A stretch of DNA of 64,000 bases, from positions 352,001 to 416,000 of the forward strand of contig BK006936.2 in the NCBI GenBank assembly GCA_000146045.2. Reading direction: 5' to 3'. A program made the position numbers and the translations under genes. Of the stretch, positions 10,515-24,065 are shown piece after piece (position 1 is the stretch's first letter; each line of letters opens with the position of its first letter). A model generated the notes under the pieces. That model saw nothing but the letters and a program-made list of their open reading frames with translations, searched no databases and was not told where the DNA came from. Source of the stretch: TPA_inf: Saccharomyces. Its lineage: Eukaryota.

Positions 10515-12786
10515 GTTATGGCAATTCGCAGTACTACAAAAACTTGTTTTAAAGATATAGCAAATAAGATCAATGATCAATTATCAAATACAATTTCAGC
10601 TAATATATTCTACTTTGTCTTAATTTAAAGGTGGTTCCTATTTCTTTATAACTTTTACACATTGTGAAGAATAACAATTCTGCTTACTATTGTCATTTCC
10701 ACCTCAATGATGCGGTGAGTGGGTGTTCTGAAAAATTTTCCCGATTTTGCTAGACTAGAAATTGGTACTAGCTGATCCATATCACATTTACGCGAATAAG
10801 TCGATATTTATGCATGGATATTTGGCCTTTTACGACACTTATTCTTATGATCCATTGAAAGATGGTTCATATTACATATAAAGGTGCCACAGCAAGTTAA
10901 TGTCACGGCAGCTAGTGACGCTATTGCTAGTTTACACCTAGATGAGGCCACTGGAGAAATGGTCTCTAAGACAGAGTTGAAGAAGCGTATTAAGGGAATA
11001 CAAATTGAGGCCAAAAAGCTGTCAAAAAGACTCTTGCGAAACCAAAACCAGCTTCGAAAAGACTAATTTCCTGGCCGGTTTATAGTCATCTCAATACTAG
11101 ATCACAGCAAATCCAATTAAGAAACAGACTCTTGATATAAATTTTTATCCATACAAGTTCCGATTATATATATTCAATCCTGAATTTTTGGCCAAGTATG
11201 CCCATTCAAAAAGGCGAAAATTTCCCTTAAGAGAAGTTTCACATTGCTAGGAGAGTTCATGCAGAAAGAGAATCAGCTTAAAAATTGAAATTCTACGTTC
11301 TCAATGGTGGTGTTGAGCTCTAAATTATTTTACAATTTCAGGATTATTACGACGAGAACCCATAAAAAGGAGCATGACCTTTAAGGAGGAGTAATATATA
11401 TCCACCAAAGAAGACCGGCGGAGATGAGATATATTTTTTTCGTTAACAGAGTGCAATTGACAACTTGTTTGCACTTGCCTGCTAACTGTTTTGGTTTCAA
11501 AGATCAAGAAAATAGATAGAACCCGTTTTATTATTCAATTGACATCGCCCGTTATATCAGACGATTTTTGGATCAAAAAAAGTTTATTGGAGCAGAAGCA
11601 ATTCTGAAATGAAGGTCCTAATATGACCCCAATATGACACATAATTCGGAATCTGCCACTTGTGAGTTTTATCAAGCCTATGCGGATGTTTGTGACTAGT
11701 TGGATATGACTGAATTAATACTTTCAGAAATGGACAAGGAGATATGTGATTCTCTATTATCAAATACCATTTGAACCTTACTGGTCCAGCTAAAAAAGAG
11801 CTAGAATTCATCTGTTCTAGCCCATGGAAGAGAACCGATATGATTGGCAGATAGAAACCATACTGATTCGCGTCGTATCTAGCACAACCCACGTAAGAAC
11901 CTTAATTGACGAACAGTCAAACCTTCTTGGCTTTTACAACCGAGAGGAAATACTAAGTCAACATCAAGGTGGCAAACACAATTCACAGTATCTAATTTTT
12001 CGTTATATCACATTGGAAAAAGTATTAACGTATAATTTCCATCTGCTGAGCACTTGCTGCCGTTGAGACCGGCGAATTTTTGAAAGAAGTGTATGCCAAT
12101 AATAAATTGGAAAGCCCATTAAATAATGCTCTTATGTTGGATAAGCTTTCTTCGGTGGAATAAAAGGCACATGTATCAACCTGACTTTCACTTTTACTTA
12201 ACCCCAAGCTATGTCTCCATTGGCCAGGTACTCAAAAGAACAACCGGGTTTATGTGAGCGTTTCGAGGTTTTTGTATCTAAAAAGGAGATATGTAATGCG
12301 TAAACCCGAACTGAACAATTCGTTTGACCAAAAGGGGCTTTCCTACAAACAAGCAGGGCAATAGGAGCAAGGCAAATGGATCAAGGTGATGCTTATGCAT
12401 AATTTATACGATGGAATCCTTTGTAATGCTCCGTACTACGGTTTACCACCAACCGGCTTTTGGGTTGTAATATTGACAGATTCACCATGTTCTCAATGGT
12501 TCTGTCACAATTCGAAAGTTCTATTACTCGCAAATTCGAAAGCAGATGTTTTAAGAGACGAGGTGAAGTAAAAAAGAAGAAAAATGATTGCCATACTCCT
12601 CAATGCTTGCATGTAATATAATATAATATAATTACTGTTTCATTTTCTTTTATATTATACAATGGATATTCTACATAACCGTAACCTATATCGTTTTTAA
12701 TGATTGCAAGGAAAAGTTGATTTTGTAGATAATCTTATAATGTAGTGACTTATTTAATTGTTTGATTAGAGGTAGTAATATTGCAA

Positions 12787-13719
12787 TCAAACTGATCTAG
12801 TGAGTTTCCCGCTCCTTTTTAATTCCAAAGCTTTCTTGTAGGGAGGGTTCGTCGGGCTTTGAACAGGATCTAAGGACGATGAAGTGCCTGCAACCGAAGA
12901 AGGTAGGTCATGATAAGTGGCATCTGAGTCGAAACTTTGAAGACTTCCACAAGCCATAAATTCGGCTATGTTTCTCTCCTCTTCATTCCAATGAGACAAT
13001 TTGTCTGATATACACAATTTATTCAAAAAACAGCCTTGAAAAAATTCATCAACGGATGTATTTACATCTAATTTTGGTGTCCAATTGGATGGTGGGTTAT
13101 AGCCTAAACAAACAATAAAAGCTTCCAGAGATGTACCTCTTGATGATCTTGGCTTTGCGCAAACGATTTTATCGAATAGATAGCCCAATTGGGAATATAG
13201 CATATCTATATCACGACCTCTGAAGATCTTTGCCACAAAAGTTCCACCTTTTTTCAGAATGCATGCAGTAAGTTGCAGCGCACTCATAATTAACTGTTGT
13301 TGCACGTATTCGTCAAGATCGTGTAACCCAGTAACATCAGGTGCACCATCACTACAAACAAAATCGGCCTTTTCGTTGCCAAACAGTTTTAGAATCCTCG
13401 CCAATGTTTTAGGATGAGTGATATCGGCTTGCAACGTTGTCACATGAGGTATGGGGGACATCGGTTGTAAATCGACAGAGACAATTTTCCTGTCCTCCTT
13501 ATCTGAACTGGGACTTTCATCAAACAGTTTTCTCGAGAGCACTTGTGACCATGAACCTGGTGCTGCACACAAATCTACAACTCTTTTTAAGTTTGGATCA
13601 TCCAGGAAATGAAATTGGTCATTGAGTTGAAGTAGTTTGAAAGCAGATCTAGCCCTATAGCCCTGCTCTTTTGCTTTTCTATAGTACAAATCTCTTTTAT
13701 CTTTGCTGCTCTTACCCAT
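12787..13719 (-). CDS. TRM7: TRM7 (YBR061C), FtsJ/RrmJ-type tRNA 2'-O-ribose methyltransferase for anticodon-loop positions 32/34, 310 aa
   Basis: The 310-aa ORF starts at an [35 protein letters not shown] plus the SAM-binding motif [12 protein letters not shown] identify the FtsJ family. Confidence 0.95.
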
Positions 13720-13975
13720 CTTGAATACTTTCTTTTTAAGCTTGCCTTGTACTCATCTACTGTTGTTTTACAGTAATGTTAGGAGCATCGCTTGAAAATT
13801 TTCAACTCGCGATAATTATTGTTAGCGCAGAATAATAATACCTAGTAAAAAGTTTATCGTTGCTTTTACTTCATCATGATAATCAAAATACTTGTAGGTC
13901 TGTCTTCTGTGAAAGAAGACGTAGTTACCTATTCTACTTAGGTTTGGTGTCTTTATATAATATAAAAGAAAGATA

Positions 13976-14600
13976 TTAACCGTACATACCCCAATCTTCT
14001 TCCAGTTCTGCTTCAGTTGTATCAATCTCATTAATGATTCGGTGGCCCATAACATTATCTCTGCATAATGGACATGTTGTACTTCGAGATAGCCAGACAG
14101 ACAAACACTCTAAGTCGAACTTATGATGGCAATGAGGTAATTCAACTACTAAGGGGTACTCATCTTCTAAATAATTAGTGTAACAAATGGAGCAGTTGTC
14201 AGTTGCTTTGAGCTTTTTTTTATTGATTCGTGGTAAAGAGGCTGCAAAAGTATCAGGACAGCCCGCACTCTTGCCTTTATCCATTTCTTGCAACCATTCT
14301 TCCTGTAATGATTCTGGAAGCATTTGCGATAATAATCGTAAAAGTAGTGTTGAATCTGAATGTGCATCACCCTCACCACTGGTGTTACCAAAGTTTTGAA
14401 ATAGACCTTGCAGTTGGGATCTGACCTGTCTTCTCTGCTCCTCCTGTGAAGTTCCTCCTACTTCTTGGTAATCCCTTGAGTTTTGTTGTATTCCATGTTC
14501 CTCTAATCTAATGATGAGTGCAGATTAAAATTCGGTTAGTTAATTGGCTTTGGGGAACTTACTTCATAATATATCATTACATACCTTCATATGTAGACAT
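13976..14600 (-). CDS. YBR062C: YBR062C, RING-H2 finger protein of unknown function, 180 aa, spliced. Exon1 is 14585..14600, the intron is 14503..14584, exon2 is 13976..14502
   Basis: Exon 1 is ATGTCTACATATGAAG followed by GTATGT, with an AACTAAC branch-like site. Splicing to the second TAG acceptor gives MSTYEEEHGIQQNS...MLPESLQEEWLQ... and 180 aa. The C-terminus carries a RING-H2 motif (CSICY...HCHHKFDLECLSVWL...CPLCR). Confidence 0.85.
14503..14584 (-). other. YBR062C: YBR062C intron, 82 nt (GTATGT...AACTAAC...TAGATTAG)
   Basis: The 5' splice site GTATGT reads 'acatac' on the + strand at 14579..14584. Two TAG acceptors lie 5 nt apart, and only the distal one keeps the reading frame open. 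Confidence 0.8.
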
Positions 14601-14969
14601 TTTTTTGATTGTGATTATGTTTGATGAATATATCTTTCTATTATTTCTTTAGTAGTTTAGGAGTGGCAAAACTGGTATTATAACGAACTGAGCGCTCCTC
14701 GGTGCAAACAAAAGCCGCCCACAACAATTTTGACCAACTTAGGCAAAATGAAGCCATTACTAGAAAACGAAGAGTATATATCATCACAGTAATTCGGGTA
14801 GGAGAGTTGGTCACCAAAATGGGACTCATATGGAAGGCAAAAATTTCGAGCTTATTCATCATGGTTGTACCCGTAAAGTTTTTGTTTCCGATATATAGAG
14901 TACAGATGTTTTCTAGTTAACAGTTGGCATATCTTACATTTTCCGGATTATGTATCAAATAAACTTTAT

Positions 14970-16184
14970 CTATGAATAGTTAGAGTACCACAGTAGAATC
15001 GAAGTTGCGCCTTTATCATTAACTAACAATTTTTTTGTGGGAACCGAACTATTATGTCTCCTGGAACAAATCTTTTGACTTTTAACCCGGAGCAAATTGC
15101 GAATCCTTGTCAAATTTTGAACTTCATCATAGCGGATAAGATCCTTATGAATCACTTCATCTAATCGCTCTCGTTTTTCTCGGTATGCTCCAGTTATTTC
15201 AATTGGGATGTTGTTATCAAAGAAAACTGGTTTTTCCATGAACATAGTCAGGAAAAGTTCGTCACCAAATTGGCTTTTTATAATCAAAAACGATTTACAG
15301 ATATCACGAATTTCTCTACTCACAGATTTAGTATTATCTCGAGCAGTGAAGCTTCTCATAATTGAAATATTTCCAGGCGCGTATTGTCTGCCATAATGGG
15401 AGAGAGATACATCGCATCCCATAGGAACTTTAACCATTGTTTCGTTAATACTTTTTTCAATACCTTTAAACGGCGTTTCATTCGCGCTATCAAGTAATGT
15501 ATTATTTACCACTGCTTTAAACTCGGGATTCGAGCCAGGTGATCGCGTTAAGACCTCTGTTGTATAATCTTTAGTTAATAAGTCGTACTCATCAAAATTG
15601 CCATAGGTGAAATTTTCATCGCTTTGGTTCAAAGTTACCATATTTTGCCTACCAATGCTGAGAACTGACTCCTTTGAATGTAAAACTGTGGATTCCTCAT
15701 AATTTCTCTCTTCGGTAACGTCACTTCGATTATTGAGGCAGTCTTCATTAAAGTTTATTACAATGGATATGGTATCACCAGTCTTGAACCTACAATCATC
15801 TATTTTAGGTGAGCTCGTAGGCATTATTGGAAAAGTGTTCTTTCTCTTAATAGAAGAGATTAAATACCCGATAATCACACCCAAAATTATTGTGGATGCC
15901 CAGATATCTTCTTGGTCATTGTTTTTTTTCGCTTCAATCTGTAATCTCTCTGCAAAATTTCGGGAGCCAATAGTGACAACATCGTCAATAATAAGTTTGA
16001 TGGAATCGGAAAAAGATCTTAAAAATGTAAATGAGTATTTCCAAATAATGGCCAAAATGCTCTTTATATTGGAAAATAAAATAGTTGTTTCGCTCTTCGT
16101 AGTATTTAACATTTCCGTTCTTATCATTGTAAAGTCTGAGCCATATTCATATGGAAAAGTGCTTTTTAAACCTAGTTCCTCCAT
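14970..16184 (-). CDS. YBR063C: YBR063C, protein of unknown function, 404 aa
   Basis: The 404-aa ORF starts at an ATG ('cat' at 16182..16184). Its length and position match the chrII gene order. Confidence 0.85.
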   Translation of the reverse strand: MEELGLKSTFPYEYGSDFTMIRTEMLNTTKSETTILFSNIKSILAIIWKYSFTFLRSFSDSIKLIIDDVVTIGSRNFAERLQIEAKKNNDQEDIWASTIILGVIIGYLISSIKRKNTFPIMPTSSPKIDDCRFKTGDTISIVINFNEDCLNNRSDVTEERNYEESTVLHSKESVLSIGRQNMVTLNQSDENFTYGNFDEYDLLTKDYTTEVLTRSPGSNPEFKAVVNNTLLDSANETPFKGIEKSINETMVKVPMGCDVSLSHYGRQYAPGNISIMRSFTARDNTKSVSREIRDICKSFLIIKSQFGDELFLTMFMEKPVFFDNNIPIEITGAYREKRERLDEVIHKDLIRYDEVQNLTRIRNLLRVKSQKICSRRHNSSVPTKKLLVNDKGATSILLWYSNYS

Positions 16185-16583
16185 ATTTTAGTTTTTTATC
16201 GATATTGGAAAAAAAAGAGCTATCAGAAATCAGTCAATATATCATGTACCTATGGAACCTTATCTTTCTCAAAATAATAAATTATAGTGATACTTTTAGA
16301 ATTGTGTCACTTTCTTTTTATTTGTACTTACAAAATTCGGCCGAGTTATCATCTCGGTAACCGAGAGGAAGAGCCCGAGCAGCTAAAAGCGACAAACCGT
16401 ACAGATAAAATGTTCGTGCTAATCCAAACTGCAGCATTCCGTATAAATTTGTCAGATATACTGATCAACTTAGATAAAGTTCCCCACTCAACCTGCTTTT
16501 GTTTATTACTTGCAAGGTAGATGGATGGTCGAAATTGATCAAACAGTTCGTTTCTTCAACCCATGATTTTTCTTACGTTTCAT

Positions 16584-17678
16584 CTATATTGTTAACTTGT
16601 TAGCGCGAGGTTTCGATTTCTTTGATCTGTCCTTATGAACTTTTTTTGATGTCTTTTTCTTGTCATTCTTTGCGTTATCTGTGCTTTTTGTAGGAAAAGA
16701 AAGCCCTAGCTCCAACTGAATAAGCTTATTCAAACTTAAACTAAGTTTTATATTTTCTGCAGTGTTGGTTCCGAATGACGCAGCTGAAAAGCCAGACGAC
16801 CACGGAATGATAAAGATTCTAAAACGGTCAATAAGTAAAACTCCTCTCTTTAGGCCCTTTGGTGTGACAAGTGTCTCACTTATTTTACTGACAAACCGCT
16901 CCCCCAATTCACTAGATTGAAATCTTAGGCCACCACACTTCGCCTTGTGGTTGACTATTAATGACAATGAATTTCCATCCTTCCATTTCTTTATACCCAA
17001 TAATTGCGAAACTGTATCAGTTATTTTCCATTCAGGGATCGAGGCATCAATATTATACAGAAAAAATGATTTGGTGGAGGGGTTTTTTAAAAACGATTCA
17101 TTCAAGGGTAGTTTCTTCAAAATATGAGAAATGTCCACGGACGCGTACTTTTCCAAGTTTTTGACCTCATTTGCACCTTTTTCATTTTTATACAATGCAG
17201 TTGTGTTTTTTATTAACGGAGTACTTGGGCCATCTGATGTTGCTCGCAGAAGTATATTTTTCAATTTATCAACGATATTATCTGCTTCTGACGGATCACT
17301 CGTAATCTGAGCTCCTCCTAATTTCACGTTTTTTAGTGACAGAAACCTTTTCATCATGTCGTTTTTTGCTTCCTCCGTCATAACGTTTTCCTCGTTCACA
17401 AGGGATATTAAATGATCCCGCAGTTGTATAGGGATGTGCCATCTTGAATCAAGCATACAGCATTGACAAATGTTTCTCTGAGTGGCGCACCGTACACATA
17501 TTAATGTTTTAATGATATTATTGCTTCGTTTAGACGTCTTAAAATGGTATAAGGTGAACGGTAAGGTACAAATCTTACATTCAGAGCCTTGTGGAATTTT
17601 AGTCATTCGTATATTAGCCTCATCACCTAAGCACTGCTCACATATATTGGGCGGTGGCTCATTAATTTCATCATTCAT
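16584..17678 (-). CDS. ECM2: ECM2/SLT11 (YBR065C), pre-mRNA splicing factor with zinc-finger and RRM-like regions, 364 aa
   Basis: The 364-aa ORF starts at an ATG. The N-terminal Cys-rich motifs CEQCLG...CKICTLPF...CVRCATQRNICQCCMLD are typical of Slt11/RBM22. Confidence 0.9.
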   Translation of the reverse strand: MNDEINEPPPNICEQCLGDEANIRMTKIPQGSECKICTLPFTLYHFKTSKRSNNIIKTLICVRCATQRNICQCCMLDSRWHIPIQLRDHLISLVNEENVMTEEAKNDMMKRFLSLKNVKLGGAQITSDPSEADNIVDKLKNILLRATSDGPSTPLIKNTTALYKNEKGANEVKNLEKYASVDISHILKKLPLNESFLKNPSTKSFFLYNIDASIPEWKITDTVSQLLGIKKWKDGNSLSLIVNHKAKCGGLRFQSSELGERFVSKISETLVTPKGLKRGVLLIDRFRIFIIPWSSGFSAASFGTNTAENIKLSLSLNKLIQLELGLSFPTKSTDNAKNDKKKTSKKVHKDRSKKSKPRANKLTI

Positions 17679-18036
17679 TATATTAAGGGTGCAATAACTC
17701 TTTTCCGTTAGCTACCTTCTATTCACCTGCTCAAAAGCCCTTCCATCATCATTACCACTTCTATCAATAAAATTTGCCATAGCATTTCTTTTTTTTTTTT
17801 TTAGTCCTTATTGCCTAAACGTCATCACAGGAGAGGGTAATCCCGGAATGAATAAGGTTTGAAACTTCACGTCCCTCCGGGTTGTGACTTAAAAAAATTA
17901 CGAAAGAGAACCGACTATCGTTCCTGCTATTGTTCTTGGTGAGTATTACTAACCCGCTTAGTTTTATTACTATTTATCAGTCTTTTATTTGTACGTTATT
18001 TGAATATTTAAATGTTTTTGGCTGAGCTCACTCACA

Positions 18037-18699
18037 TCAACTGCTAGCCTCCCTCCTCTTCCAGTTTCTTTTCTTCTTGTTTGCATGAGTTCGATAATGC
18101 TGATTACAGTTATCATGTCTACTAAACCTCTGTCCACAGCCCTCATGCGGACAGATATGATTTTTTTCACCTGTATGGATTCTGTTATGTCTTGAAAGAT
18201 GACCAGAAGTGGTGAACCCAGTAGAGCAGATCTTACAGAAATGACGAGTCCTCTGTCCTGCTGTATTGGTTTTCGTAGATTTCAATTTTATCACGGTTTT
18301 TGTCGGTTTGCTTATTTTAATTGAGCTATATGGATCTGATTTACCGTTACCGGTATTCTCTGCTTTTACAATATTAATATTTTGCAATGGCAGTATCGGT
18401 GACGTTTTTCCACTTGCTGTTAATCTTGAAATAGTCCCGTCACTCGTTCTGTTCGCTTGTTTTCCGGAGAAAAAATCGAAAGCGCACTTATTCAATTTAT
18501 CTTTCAAGTCATCATCAATTAGATGTGATGTTTTCATCAAGGGTATCAGGGTTTGGTATTTCCTTTCATTGTTAAAAGAGAACATTTCAGGCATAAGAGT
18601 TATCTGGGAGGGCGAACATTCGAAATTGATGGGAAATTCACATTTCCTATCTTTAGCTAGAATAGTTGACATCAAGTTGTCTTTGTAACCTATGGACAT
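18037..18699 (-). CDS. NRG2: NRG2 (YBR066C), C2H2 zinc-finger transcriptional repressor, 220 aa
   Basis: The 220-aa ORF starts at an ATG. Two C-terminal C2H2 fingers are present (FCKICSTGFTTSGHLSRHNRIHTGEKNHICPHEGCGQRFSRHDNCNQHYRTH). Confidence 0.92.
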   Translation of the reverse strand: MSIGYKDNLMSTILAKDRKCEFPINFECSPSQITLMPEMFSFNNERKYQTLIPLMKTSHLIDDDLKDKLNKCAFDFFSGKQANRTSDGTISRLTASGKTSPILPLQNINIVKAENTGNGKSDPYSSIKISKPTKTVIKLKSTKTNTAGQRTRHFCKICSTGFTTSGHLSRHNRIHTGEKNHICPHEGCGQRFSRHDNCNQHYRTHANKKKRNWKRREASS

Positions 18700-20102
18700 C
18701 TGGAAATTTTGTAGAAGCTTTATATTTTTTGTTCTTCGAACAGTAGCGAGTGCTCATATGACTTGGTGCCGGAAATTCATTTGAGCTGTCATAATATGAT
18801 AAATATTTATATGTAAAAATTTAGGCCAGATAATATATAAAAGATAAACGATTTAAAGAGGGTGTAGGATTTGCCTGTTAGCGATGTAGGAGCTACTGCA
18901 CGATGTAGCATGTAATAGCCAGACGTGATTCCCCTAAACTCAGGCCCTTCTCCAAGGAGAATGCAACGGTAGGCAGTTCGTTTGAAATTGAAACTTTTCT
19001 CAACGACAATGATGTCCCGCAGCATAAGAAAACATGAGATCAGAAAAGCGTTGCAAAACGCAGAAGCCACTTATCAAGAGCTACGGCTGCGCGTTTTTCT
19101 GGGACGTGCTGACAAACGAGAAAAAAGATGGCTTTGTATTCAGTTCAAGGCCCTGTGTATTTTTTTCCTTCAAGAAATTTTTATTTTGGCCTGGGGTCTT
19201 TAAACGGACGGGTGCCCTGAGAGTACTCTCGCATAATCCAGGGATGGCTTTTTCACAGTCGTTTAACATTCGTTTATGAAGTAAAGAAAAAAAATACCAA
19301 ACCCCGTTAAAAGAGAAAAAAGGTAGCCGAACATTGAAGCAGCCCATGCCAGTTTGTCCTTGGGCAGATAGTTTTCCGTCTGGCTTGAAAGGTTATAGTC
19401 TCCTTTTTTTCTTGGCTTCGGGAAAAATACGATTTGTTTGTTATTCTATATGCAGAGCCGCTGCTCTGCAGGGATTTATGATCTCGAGTGCCATTGATCT
19501 TGAAGCATCTTTTGTTGAAAGGATTTGTATGACATCATACCCGAACTTTTTTAGCACGTGAAAATGGAGAAGTCTATGGTTTTAGAGGTTGCTATTAAGG
19601 CATTTTCTAAACTTGAGGGTTGTTTGATCTTATGTTGGTTGGTTGTAAGCCAGCCGGTGTAGCCACGTGTTAAATCTTGACTTTTTTTCCCGAAGAGGGT
19701 CTGGTCCTGTCTATTTTGTTTCATGCATATTTTTTCTCAAGGAGAAAGACTCTTCGCTGCGCCTTGGCATAATAACGTCTTCGGTAGGGTCCATTTTTTT
19801 AACGTTGGCGATGCCCATATTTAGCTCGTTTGGTCGTTCCTTCGAAAGATAATCGTTCGTAAATTAAAAATAAAAGAGAGTAGTTTTCGAGCAACGAGTA
19901 GCCAGCTGGTGCCAATTGTCAAGAAAGGAAACATTTCTTACGGATTGGGAAGAAGCACTAATCTCGAAAAAGAGAACGTTTTTAGAAAGTTTTAGAAGTT
20001 GATTATATTAATGAAGAAAAAATTTTCGAACTAACAATTACATAAAGAGAAGGTATAATAATGGAGGTAATTTTTCAAATATTTGTTGTAAAAGGTTCCC
20101 TT

Positions 20103-20735
20103 TTATAACAATAAAGCAGCTGCACCTGCAACAACAGCACCGAAAGAGGCAGCGCCTGCATTGACTCTTTGACCGGCATTGGAAGCAGTTTCGACTGTAG
20201 AAGTGCTGACAGAAGAGGTAGTTGGAGCGACAGAAGAAGAAACGGCCTTAGAAGATGATTCGGCAGATGATGATGGGGCAGCAGAAGAAGATGGGGCAGC
20301 AGAAGAGGATGGAGCGGCAGAGGATGTAGCTTCGGAAGAAGATGCAGCCTTGGAAGAAGATGCAGCCTCGGAAGAAGATGCAGCCTCGGAAGAAGCTGGG
20401 GAAACGGAGGCAAGAGCAGCAGCGATTTCAGAACTCAATCTTGTGGTGTACCATGGCAATTTAACAATTGTCTTAGTGATAGCATCAAAGTCCAATTCAC
20501 TAAACAAGGTAGTGTAAGCGTCATCGGTGTAAGTCATGACTTGTTGATACACACTCAAGACATCAGATGGAATTTGGAATCCACTGTTGCCAGTTTCTAG
20601 ACCCAAGTAGTCAGAAAGATGAGAGTTGATGTCACCGATAATAGCTTGCAATTCAGCAGTTTCGGCGGCGCTGGTGTCAGCGACGGCCAAAGAGGCAATG
20701 GCACTTAAAACGAAAGCAATCTTGGAAACGGACAT
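20103..20735 (-). CDS. TIP1: TIP1 (YBR067C), SRP1/TIP1-family cell-wall mannoprotein, 210 aa
   Basis: MSVSKIAFVLSAIASLAVA signal peptide, an SRP1/TIP1 domain, a Ser/Ala-rich repeat region, and a C-terminal GPI-attachment-like hydrophobic tail. Confidence 0.95.
   Translation of the reverse strand: MSVSKIAFVLSAIASLAVADTSAAETAELQAIIGDINSHLSDYLGLETGNSGFQIPSDVLSVYQQVMTYTDDAYTTLFSELDFDAITKTIVKLPWYTTRLSSEIAAALASVSPASSEAASSSEAASSSKAASSSEATSSAAPSSSAAPSSSAAPSSSAESSSKAVSSSVAPTTSSVSTSTVETASNAGQRVNAGAASFGAVVAGAAALLL
20275..20398 (-). repeat. TIP1: Intragenic 18-bp-periodicity minisatellite in TIP1
   Basis: The unit tcggaagaagatgcagcc occurs about 3.3 times at 20332..20398, and the unit ggggcagcagaagaagat about 3 times at 20275..20328. 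They encode the (SSSEAA)n/(AAPSSS)n blocks. Confidence 0.9.
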
Positions 20736-21860
20736 TTTATTTTATTTAGCAGAGGGTATAGTTATGCAATAGCAATTATTGTTACTGATTGAATGCCTTT
20801 ATAATTTCGGTCCGAACAAAGTTAGGCAAGCGAGAATAATTGACGTTTGAAAGAGGGCTGCCAATGTACTATTTATATTAAATGGTGAATGAAGCAACGC
20901 AGTACCTCAAAGAGGTTGGAGACATATTCACCCTTACAGCAAACCTTTTTTTTCCTTTACTGGAAATAGCTCGAAGAATTGGAGAGAAAAAAAGATGCTT
21001 TTAGAAAATAAGACACATTTCCCGGAACAATCAATTATTTCCATCACAATCTTTGAAAGAAAGGGCCAAACCGCCGCAATAACTGCCGTAGGATTCAAAA
21101 CCACAAGTACATTCTTCAACGGAAAAGAGTCGGAAAATCGGAAAAGGGACCTCCCGAAGACATTAGTCTCATAATTAAGGTTATAGTCAAGAAAAACCAT
21201 AACCAGATCGTCTGATGCTCTTTTTGGGAATATTGATTACCCAATAAGGTCATTACTCCAATTTGTTGGGCTCCATTGTGTTGAGTATCGGTTGCTTGGG
21301 TTTTGAAAATCTTGCTGCCGTCCGGCTGCATGTGTGCGCCGCAAGTGCCGAGAAAGTAATTATCAATGTGGATCGCAAGCCAAGACAATAAATTTGTTGT
21401 TTCTGTGACTATTTCATGATGGCCTCCTAGTCAAAATACCAAGAAGAAGAAAGGTTTTTTTTTCTTTTTTTCCCTACCTGGCCATTCAAAGGTGAAATAT
21501 CCTTTCCATTACCCAAAGAGGTAGTACTGTTTAGGCGGGGTTTGACAGGCGCTGGAAGGGATAGGCAAGAATAGGAACGGTTTCCAAAGCCATAGAAATT
21601 CCTCCTTCACGTTCTGTTGAAGGGAGGATAAAGCAAAATTTGAAACAATAACGACATTGTGCGGGTATGTATGCTACGGATGATTAATGAATGTATGTAA
21701 AAAAAATATAAAATTACAGAAACGAATAAGGTCATTAAGGGAGGGGAGGGCACAAGCAAATGTGCTTGTGAAGTCATACCTACTCAGCGCTAAGGACATG
21801 CCGTGATATCATCAACCGGCTCTAATGGGAAGTGTCCAGACCTGAGTGGTGTAGTTAAGT

Positions 21861-23765
<1,905 letters not shown>

Positions 23766-24065
23766 CTAGAGATAGTAATAATCTAATGGCAAAATAGCCA
23801 TTATACGTACCTAATATATACGTATATATACGAGGAGATGTGCTCATCAAAGAAGTGGCATTTCACCCTGAAATTTTTTTTCTTTTTCTCGCTGAAGAGT
23901 CATTCCTAGTAAAGCATGCTACTTTTCAGTATATTCCATTATATTTTTAACTACAAGCGGCGCAGAAACCAGAGGATCAGCCACTGCTAGCAGCATTTGC
24001 TGCTGACATATTTACCGTTGAAGGCCATCATAAGGCAGTGTTCTGCGGGGAGTTGGAATGTGGAT

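Noticed and set aside
10884-11066. 60-aa ORF ([21 protein letters not shown]...) in the ORC2-TRM7 gap with a coiled-coil-like look
   Set aside because: Its first codon is GTG (+ 10884..10886), not ATG. The track translates alternative starts as M. There is no ATG-initiated version of useful length.
11584-11892. 102-aa minus-strand ORF in the ORC2-TRM7 gap
   Set aside because: It starts at GTG. The first ATG leaves about 74 aa with no recognisable features.
15733-16191. 152-aa plus-strand ORF overlapping YBR063C (likely the dubious YBR064W-type ORF)
   Set aside because: It lies wholly inside or overlaps a well-supported gene on the opposite strand. It has no domain and is hydrophobic and low-complexity.
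18266-18688. 140-aa plus-strand ORF inside NRG2
   Set aside because: It is antisense to NRG2.
20075-20517. Two ORFs (112 aa each, one per strand) overlapping TIP1, with poly-Leu-Pro and EEDGAAEED composition
   Set aside because: They are alternative-frame or antisense readings of the TIP1 18-bp minisatellite. The repeat periodicity keeps all frames open.
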